From positions 7,943,573-8,007,572 of the forward strand of contig CM082594.2 in assembly GCA_040954595.2 (NCBI GenBank): 64,000 nt of DNA. The letters run 5' to 3'. This DNA is from Balanoglossus misakiensis. Taxonomy: Eukaryota; Animalia; Hemichordata. The translations under genes were made by a program, and so were the position numbers. Numbering within the stretch: the first letter of the stretch is position 1; every line of letters starts with the position of its first letter. The notes beneath the pieces were generated by a model. The model searched no databases, had not been told where the DNA came from, and worked only from the letters and a program-made list of their open reading frames with translations. Positions 55,070 to 64,000 of the stretch are shown here, one piece after another.

Positions 55070-55971
55070 GTGATCATTGTTTGAAACTACGAAAAAAGTC
55101 ACCTGTACTTGTGTGGGATTGAAATTAAACTATTTTTGTTCATAGAGGGTCAGAAAACCAGACGACTTCCGACTTTTTAACAGAACAGCAATCTACTTAC
55201 GGTAACCAATCGTCTTCATCATCCGTAACTGTGCCAGGTTGGGTCCCGTCAGATAATCTAAAATGAAAAGTACACAGAAAGGCAAAGAATTGTGCATTGG
55301 AGATTGAAAGGAGGTTGTGATGAACGATGACGAAGTTTTTCATGTCATTCTGGGGATTTTACTGATAATATATCTACAGTGCATCATCAACAATGATTCA
55401 ATGAGGACCGTGACGTATTGTTCACAAATGTTATTTAAGCTTTTGGAGAGAAAAATAACCACAACTTACGGTCGTCCACCTGTACAGCAATGGTAGCTTT
55501 TGACGTCATTGTAGCAACATTCTATGTTGTTTATTGGTTCGTATGGTTGTGGACATGACTGGATCGGCCAACCTTCAGGGCAGTCATAGGCGTATACTGA
55601 CCGTAAATAAAGAAAATATTCTTTATTGGTGATTTTTATTCACGAAGGAGTTGACTATTTTTCCCCAGGAGATTATCAATCGCGGGGGATTCACCCATAC
55701 ACAAACATTGCGTGATCAGCTGACCCGATCATAATATAATTTTTAAATATTAACTGTGTCAGTTACTGGTCGTAATGATTTATTAGTAGGCGTGGTTGTG
55801 ACTAGGCGAAAACATGGCAGTTTTACCGTCCTACACTTGGCGCCCAGCGTACTCACACCGTCCGCCCAAGTTTACATGGTTGAAATATTAAGAAGCGTCT
55901 CTCTCACCTGAAACCAGAAAGCCAAGAACTAACGTAGTCAGTATCGGCAAAATACATTTTGGCGAGGCCAT
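54906..55971 (-). CDS. Small Shisa-like six-cysteine single-pass membrane protein, paralog C, 125 aa, 4 coding exons
   Basis: Exons (minus): 55908-55971 (MASPKCILPILTTLVLGFLVS), 55470-55596 (VYAYDCPEGWPIQSCPQPYEPINNIECCYNDVKSYHCCTGGR), 55201-55257 (PLSDGTQPGTVTDDEDDWL, acidic stalk), 54906-55035 (PQWLLIFICAVTLFAVIVTVVVFVFGIKTWYNKRQFRYNALKT*). All GT-AG, 378 nt in total. Confidence 0.82.
55039..55068. repeat. A30 tract, i.e. a T30 polypyrimidine tract for the paralog C last-exon acceptor
   Basis: On the minus strand it reads T30-CAG directly before exon 55035. Confidence 0.9.
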
Positions 55972-58243
55972 TTTGTCGGTTGTAAACCTATGTACATTTA
56001 TCGATGAGGCGACGCAGGACTTGTGCCTAAATATTAATCATTAAACTCGATGGTGTTGTCCTGGCGAAGTCCAGTTCAAGTGTCACAGGTGCGATACCGG
56101 GAGCACGACCCTCTATAGAGTCTATGGTGGGGCGGGGGTTGTTTCTGAGCACAAACTTTCCTGGTAGACAGTGATTAAAATACCCCACATTGTTATAAAT
56201 TTTCACTTGTCCTTCTAAAGAAAACATTCAAACAAAAGATCAATATTCACGACTCACTGATTTGCATATTGTTCCAACACACCTGCGTGCTGATATATAA
56301 CTGGTGCACGTGGCCATTGGTTGGTGCCCATTGGTTGAAGACGACCAAATATAATTGTCGTTAGTATCAATTGTTTCTCGGACCTGGTAGTTGTGTACCT
56401 TGTAATGTTTATTGGACTTGGTTTACTACGGGATGTTGGCTCTTTCTAACTCACTTTTCTTTCTTTCAACAATACCCGTCTAAGTATTCAAAATTAAAAG
56501 AATAAAACTGTTAAAATTGTGTAGGTGCTGCTTGATTATCTCAGGAAAAAAATCTGAAGGCCTTGATGAGTTTTGCTAAGATATTTTCTCATGAAAACAC
56601 TGTTGTCATTTTGGTATATACCGAAGATTTTCCAGTACGTCTGATGAGCACGTGACTGTAGCACTGTACGGGGTTGTGACCGGAATTAGGGTCATATGTC
56701 GAGATTTGTGTTAAGGTCACCACTACTACAATGCATGGCCACGGCTTGTTAGTTATACGTTGTACTACCAATTGTCGAAATGTCTTGTTGAAAGTCGAGC
56801 GGGTAGTGCGGTTCACAAAGGAGAGAGTAATTGCATAACCCGGCGAACAAACAGTGTCTGTAGTATCTCTGCAGCTCCGGGCGTCACAACCGCTGTTTGT
56901 GAGTACATTTGCTTGCTAAGGTTTAAACCTTGAGGTTGGATATATATATATGAGGTAAGTGTTGTGACTTTGCGGGATTAGATGATTGTATAGTGTCTTG
57001 CGTGAACTGCATGCCGCGCCTGCAGTTTACAATGAATAGAAAAGAGCTTGTAAAAAAGGGTGTTTACTATTTGATCACACGAGGCTCGTTGCACTGTGTA
57101 AACACGGTAATGATCCGAGTACCACATACATACAGCTACCAATTATACTCCGAATTTCAGATAACTACATTGGGTAATTGTCGTCGGAATGACATTTGGG
57201 TGTGACCATGGTGGCCCCGCTTGCCGTACATTGGCCTTGACCGCTAAGCTATCACAGGTTTAGCTTCACGAGTATGCCGAAAGTGCCCGTCGGCTCAGCC
57301 TAAGCCGCACACTCTCGCCATACTCTCGCCATATAGGGCTCCCACACGGCTTCTATTTGTTATAGCGCATGTTCGAGGTATGCCAAGCGTAGTCCTGTAC
57401 CTCTGCACTGCTTGTATGTGTACTGATCGTTTTTGCTGACTCACGGACAATACGACAGGCCCATCCAACGTGTGTCATTACTGTGATGTATTTTGGCTTG
57501 GTTTCAGGTGTTTATGGTCACTTTGTTTCCATCAAACGTGAGCTTAGCGACCTGAAGATTTATGTTCTGCATTGGCACCTTTACCCCGCATTCACTATAA
57601 TGTAGACGGTGTCATAATATACTTTTACAGTCGTTATGAATATATCAAGCAGGCGATTTGGTTAGATTAGCTCTGAACAAGCTGTTCTTCTTTTTTGATA
57701 ACTGTACATTTTGCAAAACTCATTTCGGTCACGTTTGAAGTGCAGTGCATGGTTTGTCCTCAGTAGTCTGGTCTAAACACTTCGTAGGAAGGATTGTTCT
57801 TTTCGGATATTGCCTGCCACTACTCGCACGTTCATGCCATTCACGTTATCAATACTCAACTTGCTTTGAATTCAGGATATAATAGGTTGCAAACTATCAT
57901 GCTGCCGTCACAACTAAAATAGGTTTTATTGTTCTTCCACCAATGAGAGTGGGAAAATATCATTATCATCATCATTATTATTATCTTTATTCAGGCTATA
58001 TGCCCACATAATAAAATAAATGCACCACATACAGTAAGTGGTTTACTAAAACCATTTATAATTAGTTTAATTAAATATTTATTAAGGAGTTGATTCGTTT
58101 GTCTGTGGCATTTGAGACACGCGTTCACTACGAATGGTTCATTGATGCGAAGGGATCGGGTTTTCATTACAGAGATACGTGACGCCGGTAACGAAACTGA
58201 AATCAGTCACTGAAATATTCTACCAACCGCCAACTTCGCAACT

Positions 58244-59983
58244 ATGGTGGACGTGGAGTGTTCAAGATCGTGCTGGACGGAGTGGTTCGCCAACAACCTC
58301 CTGTTGATTCTTACTATGATCGGCGTGGTCATCGGCTTTGTTGTCGCCTTCACAGTCCAGGTATGTATATATATACGCTGTGCAACTTTCAGTTTTGCCT
58401 TACAGTGTTTTTGTTCATAAACGGTGGAGAGAGAACATTGGTAAACGATTTGATGATAACCCCGGTAACTCTTGACTGCACTGATAGTATAGCACGAGAA
58501 CCCCAGGTAAAATAGATGCGGCATCCTGGTAACCACCAATTCGCTCATGTTTTTTCTCTCCTGAAACACCGACAGCCACACAACCCCTCCATAGACGCCA
58601 TAATATGGATCGGAATGCCTGGCGAGCTCTTTCTGCGCGGTCTTCAGTTGCTGATCATTCCTCTTGTCGTTTCCAGCGTCATCACAGGTGGGTTTAGGTT
58701 CTGTCTGAACTTTGAACTCGAGATGGCAACTACCCAACTTGTACTTTTTCTCTCGTTGTTGTGTGTCGTTACTGACCCGTGTCTGTAACCCCTAACATTC
58801 TTTGTCGGGTTGTCAAATCAGCTGACTTGCTTACAACAACACATTCCTCGTCATGTGACGTTATCTTGGCACTTCTGTTGGCAATGGAAAAATATATGTT
58901 GTTTTATCAAAACGCCAGAGTTTTTTTTTTACCTCGTTTCGTAGATAAAGCACGACAAAACTGGGCGAATAAATAACATGGCTATAAAAAATATAAATGG
59001 ATGTATAATACTGTGGCCACAGCTTCTGGCGTTCATAACGCTCGTAAATTTCGTTTGTAATTTGCGAGCTTCTTTTCTTTTGACGTTTTATGCATTCTAT
59101 CATAAAACGTCTTCTTCTCATAGCCGTGTTTTGTGATTTCCCCCTGTACTATGCTGGTCAGAATACGTTTTTCTTTCTATTGCTTTTCCACTCATTATAA
59201 AAGAATAGCCCTTTTATCGTTTATCGTCGTCTGGTCTTCCTTCAGCCACGGGGTCAATGCACATGGGTGCCAGCGGCAGGTTGGGCGTGGTTACAGTCAT
59301 CTATATGTTCGCGGCTATGGTGGTTGCCGTGACAACAGGGCTCATTCTGGCCGTCGTTATTAAACCCGGTAGAAGTGGGGGAGGCAGCAGCTATGCAGAG
59401 TTGACACAATATGAGACCCAGGACACCTTTGCTGACTTGCTGAGGTACATTGCAGTGTGATATAGATTTCGTTGATTCACGTTCCTGCTTCACACATGCG
59501 TGTCACAACTCGTTTGGTATATTGCATTGTAACCCCACGAATATTTTCGAGTATTTAGTATTTTCTTTATCATATTATTTCAAGTTTCGACACGAAGGCA
59601 GTCCTAGATAATTAGCCGATAATTAACAATTAAATGTTCAATTGAGAGAGATCGATCTTTATACTAGAACATACCTAATTATAAGTTTGAATTTAGGAAA
59701 ACAAATGCGTGTCATCGATCTGTCTGTGCGTGCATGTGTGATTGATTGATTGATTGATTGATTATATGAAACTTACCTTTCAGAAACATCGTACCTAATA
59801 ACATCATTGGTGCATGCATACAAGTGGTGAGTATGCAATTCTTTGGTTGCACCCGTACACCAATAATTGCGTTGTCGGTTCTACAATGCATTGCATACTT
59901 GCAGGCGACAACACTGGTTATCCTTTATATGTTTCAATTTACACTGTGTGACCACCACCACCACCACCACCACCACCACCACC

Positions 59984-60044
<61 letters not shown>

Positions 60045-61926
60045 TTTATGTATTTATGCATTTATTTTCACAAGGCATACACAGAGTATGATACAGCGGA
60101 AGTCATCGTAGAGGGCGCAAATGGTACCAACCTGACGACAACCGTTATTACTGGCAAGTCTGTTGGAATGTCGAACGGCACCAATTTATTAGGTGTGTTT
60201 TACAAAACAATTACATACTGTAGTTCTGTTTGTAACCGACGCTTTTTGCCATCAGAGAACCCCACTTGTCAAAATTACAGCCTCAGTGGTGAAGGCTGTA
60301 TGGCATTTCGACACCTGGGACAAAATAAAATTCATTTAAATAAATCAATATCCAAGCTTATACTCGTGTTATGAATTCTCGCTTTGCAGGTATTGTGACG
60401 TTTTGTATCGCCCTTGGTTTGGCAATGAGCACGGACAGAGCCTCGACTAAGCCCTTACTTGCTGTCATGTTAGCTTTGAGAATTAGTGTATTTAAAATGT
60501 TCGCAGTTTACATCTGGTAAGTTATGTCATAGAAAATATAATTTTATTTAAAAAGTTTAATTTCAGAAAAAAGGCATTTTGACGTAAAGCATACACGGTT
60601 GTCTCAAATATGTTTTCGTCATAGTTTCAAAAACAGGATCGGTCAGACGATGAAAATTGAACAAAATAAAATGATAGATTTTTTTAAATGTCATCTTGAT
60701 AACTATAATGCATTTGAATCTGACGCAGGACACTTCCATTGGGTACAGCCAGTCTGATAGCAGCGTCGCTACTAAAGGTGGAAGACATGTACGGAATCTG
60801 GGAAAGTCTTGGTCTCTTCGCTGCCACAGTCATTATCGGTCTGGCATTGCATGAGTGTCTATGGATGCCGTTAGGATATTTTATCAGCACCAGGAATAAT
60901 GCATTCCGTGTATATTACAAGACTGGCAAAGCTATTTTCACCGCCATTGTCTCAAGGAGCAGGTACGTTAGCGCCGGTATTTAGCTTCCATTTCGTTATA
61001 TGTATACCCATAGGAACTCATGAGATACGCCACCGTCTCTCTCTCTCTTTTTTCTTCCAGCGCTGCTACACTACCAGTCCTTTTTAAATCCTGTGAGTTC
61101 GGTTTGAAATTCCACAAAAAAGTATGCAGTTTTGTGCTGCCGATATCCATGTTTAAAGGGGATGGTTCGGCACTGTTCATAATCTGCAGTTGTTTATGGT
61201 TAGGACAGCGTGCCAGTATAGGCCTGACGGGTGGACAGATTATTCTTATGGGGTAAGTATTCACTATAGCAGTCATGGTATATTATACAGGCGGTTGAAT
61301 ATGAACCAGATTTCTATCTTAGACAAAATCTCAAATAGAAATGCAGCAAACTCGCACGCACAGGTCATATCCTGCCATGATCATGTGGTTACTAATACTA
61401 TGAAACACGTGTGTTCTTGTTTACAGGGTATTAACGGTGATTCTGACGTTCTGTCTACCCTCCGTGCCGAGCGCTAGTCTGGTTGGGATCGTGCTGATAT
61501 GCAGCGCAGCCGGGGTCCCTGCTGATGAGGTGGGACTTCTGATATCAATGGAATGGCTTTTGTAAGTCAAATCGTCTTTGCACGGAAGTAAATCTCGCGT
61601 TTTAAAAAATCTGAATCAGTTTCTTAATGAATTTAAAATAGATCTGCTGTGATCTAGTGATCTGCAATTTTCTCAAGATATCTTTGTGGCTTTTTGTTTG
61701 CAGAGATGCTCTGCGTACTATGGTCAATGTTTCCAGTCACGGCATATGTTGCGGAATCGGCAATCACTATATGAAGGATGCGTACTTCGACGATGAAGAT
61801 GAGTTGGGTTACGGCGACAGAAACGGACACCAGTCTGGGAAGAGTCTAACCAACGACGAGCGATGCGCAGAAAATAACAAGCTGGTGGATGAGAACGAGA
61901 AATTAGGCGAAGAAACCCAATTTTAA
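58244..61926 (+). CDS. SLC1-family (EAAT/ASCT, dicarboxylate/amino acid:cation symporter) transporter, divergent, 499 aa, 10 coding exons
   Basis: Exons 58244-58360, 58576-58687, 59246-59444, 59784-59826, 60075-60192, 60390-60516, 60729-60962, 61061-61252, 61427-61561, 61704-61926; all GT-AG, 1500 nt in total, no internal stops. Motifs NLLLILT, GMPGELFLRGLQLLIIPLVVSSVIT, IKPG, DLLRNIVPNNII, GTNLLG, SRSSAATLP, FVLP, DALRTMVNV. Glycosylation sequons lie in the TM3-TM4 region. Confidence 0.93.
59739..59763. repeat. (GATT)n microsatellite
   Basis: Direct inspection; intronic. Confidence 0.85.
59951..60043. repeat. Compound (CAC)n(CAA)n microsatellite in an SLC1 intron
   Basis: Direct inspection; lies between exons ending 59826 and starting 60075. 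Confidence 0.95.
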
Positions 61927-63301
61927 GTGTTTGAAACAACATCATCCAACCACCTGTACTTCTCAAGCCACTTTGTTTCATAGTCTCGCGCTGTTCTCGC
62001 GAAAAACGAGGTCTCGTCGGCCATATGCGCCTAAGGCTTATTGCTCAGGATCATTTGTAACTGCTGGAGCTCATTGGGCAACTACAGAAATCATGTTTAA
62101 AATGTGTTAAATTTTAGTTACTAAGCGGTACATTTCAATCTTTTAAGAGGACCAAATTTGTAATGAACTTTTAGCATCTATTTCCCCCAAAATATCATAA
62201 ATGACAAAGTTTCTTTCTATTTTCTATTATAATAGTATACATTTTAAGCAATGCAAACTTTATTGGGGTTGACGTGCCATATCGTAGCGACGTGTTCGTT
62301 TAGTACTGTAAATGCAAATTTCAAAACATTTTTATAGTTACTTTTTAAAACGACAACGTTTTTGTTACAGTAACCATTTATTTTTGCGATGGTTGATACA
62401 GAAGCGTCAGATTTGTGTCGTTTTCTCTGCCGATACGGACATATTGTCCAATTCTCGATTATTATAAGCTGCCAATTGGCGGCCATATTCCTGTATTGTT
62501 TGTTTGTTGGTATAAAATCTCACATCTCTTAGGAGGACAGTGTGTTGGGATGACCCGCGTAGATGACAATCATATCAGTGTATATAAGGGAAGATATACA
62601 ACTGCTTTCACTCAAAAATTATTTTTAATCAGAACAGTATACATGATCTCAGGGTGTGACTTATGAACACAATTAATTACATCACGTTGAGTATACATGT
62701 ATTTGTAAAACAATGCAAGAGCAATCCGCCATCGGGATTAAAGTTGTCTGAAATAATCTGTATGTACTGTTAGATCACTTTTGCAGTTTTACCTACAGTT
62801 TTGTTTAAATTCTTATTAATTTTATTACCAATGACAGCTCTGTCATGATTAAAAATTGATTTAATGGTGAAATCCTGACTTGTATAGACTATGTCTACCC
62901 TTTATCCTCCTATCATATTGTGTGGGTTTCTATAAGCAGTTACTGCAGCTACCCTCATCATTGAGTTTCCGGCTTTTGTTCCCTGAGTTCACGCACTCTG
63001 AGTTCACTTCTATGTTTGACATGTTCTCATTTCTCTTTCTGCGCATGTGCACATTCACGCCCCAAACTTTGGACGGTGCGAAATATACCAAGAGGGGAAA
63101 CACCGGCTCCCATAATAATATGTGACTATGGACCGACGTGCGAGGTTATCGTAGCTAGAATGCTCGGGTCTGACATGTTGTGTGAACATATCCGTCACAT
63201 GCCGAAATTCGCGAGTGTCGCCGTACCAGTCCGCACCAGTTGCTTGGCTACGTCATCACGGTCGCGTTCGGACGTCAATAAGGTGACGACCATTCCGCAG
63301 T

Positions 63302-63307
63302 TATAAA
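63302..63307 (+). promoter_or_regulatory. TATA box upstream of the EMI-like gene
   Basis: TATAAA about 115 nt upstream of the signal-peptide ATG, after a CpG-rich stretch. Confidence 0.4.
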
Positions 63308-63417
63308 GTTTGGAGACGAGTTGTATTACATCGTTCAAGCGCTCGTGGGTTCTAATTCATATGAACAATATGACCAGGACACCAGAATAGTGAGAGTATT
63401 CGCTGGCGAAAACCAAC

Positions 63418-64000
63418 ATGAACAATTTGTGGCTACTATTTAACCTGGTTGCTCTGTATTGCATTTTTACGCGGACAGGCAACGCCGCTGTGGGCGAGAC
63501 GACAGGACAGTGTCCGTACAAGGTCAGGTAAGTAGTTATTAAAGTGAGCTTTCGTCGTATGTAAGTCAGTGACTCAGCTGGGTGGTTGAGCTTTTCTCGA
63601 TTTGGTCATTCAACCGAACGTTACAGTTGGTTTCTTTTTAGCAATCAGCTGGTCAGTGTTACGGAACTGTACGCGGAAGAAGGGGGCGTGGTCTTTTGTT
63701 ATTGAGCAAGAACAATGGCACCGTACCAGTAATAGAACAATGAGTTTTGTAATGTAGATCTGTCAAATTTATCAGTGAATGAATGAATGAATGAATGAAT
63801 GAATGAATGAATGAATGAATGAATGAATGAATGAATGAATGAATGAATGAATGAAGATGATGATGATGATGATGATGTGATGATGATGATGATATCATTT
63901 TAATAATGTCTTCACAGCGTTACCAAGTACTATGTTACATCTCTTGTTGGAAGTCGGGAAGTTGTCTACTACACCAGGTGCTGGTCATGGGATTTACGTT
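63418..64000 (+). CDS. 5' part of a secreted/cell-surface protein, probably with an N-terminal EMI domain (truncated by window end)
   Basis: Exon 63418-63527 (MNNLWLLFNLVALYCIFTRTGNAAVGETTGQCPYKV, signal peptide, AG|GTAAGT donor) joins in frame to the exon from 63918 (SVTKYYVTSLVGSREVVYYTRCWSWDLR...). The C-x(n)-YYTxC pattern resembles EMI domains (MEGF10/EGFL7-like). TATAAA at 63302. Confidence 0.6.
63776..63893. repeat. Compound (GAAT)n(GAT)n microsatellite, intronic
   Basis: Direct inspection. Confidence 0.95.

Larger units (their letters stand above)
53191..56030. repeat. Local tandem segmental duplication underlying paralogs B and C
   Basis: About 53191-53400 matches about 55441-55650, including 30 identical nt ttttggagagaaaaataaccacaacttacg. 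About 54215-54505 matches about 55755-56026, covering intron, signal exon and 5' flank. Confidence 0.9.

Noticed and set aside
58207-58737. 176-aa minus-strand ORF
   Set aside because: It is the antisense shadow of SLC1 exons 1-2 and the intron between them.
59824-60111. Poly-His/poly-Gln and poly-Thr/poly-Asn ORFs
   Set aside because: They are translations of an intronic (CAC)n(CAA)n microsatellite; the SLC1 frame splices around it.
58244-61926. SLC1 as a pseudogene because NMDGT is missing
   Set aside because: All ten exons have canonical splice sites, consistent phases, no stops and retained substrate-binding residues.

Overview
This is eukaryotic genomic DNA with spliced genes, most likely an invertebrate deuterostome (hemichordate/echinoderm-like; inferred from gene content, intron style and repeats). 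Most entries in the ORF track are spurious; real genes were rebuilt by hand from splice sites with consistent phase. Genes in order: (1) an RGK-family (Rad/Gem/Rem-like) small GTPase, minus strand, 4 coding exons, one GC-AG intron, with an immediate-early-type promoter; (2) WDR45/WIPI4, minus strand, 9 coding exons, CpG-depleted gene body; (3-5) a cluster of three paralogous, very small single-pass membrane proteins that the ORF track largely misses. Each has a signal peptide, a six-cysteine Shisa-like (C-C-CC-CC) ectodomain and a TM segment. Together they carry four unrelated TM/cytoplasmic-tail exons, all in the same splice phase, two of them tandem alternative last exons; (6) an intact but strongly divergent SLC1/EAAT-family transporter, plus strand, 10 coding exons. 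It keeps the acidic-substrate residues but has replaced the Na1/Na3/proton-coupling residues (NMDGT to KGDGS; TM8 Asp to His); (7) the 5' end of a secreted EMI-domain-like gene. Also present are microsatellites, a 28-bp tandem repeat and MITE-like dispersed repeats. The two most interesting items are the modular Shisa-like mini-receptor cluster and the ion-site-remodelled SLC1.
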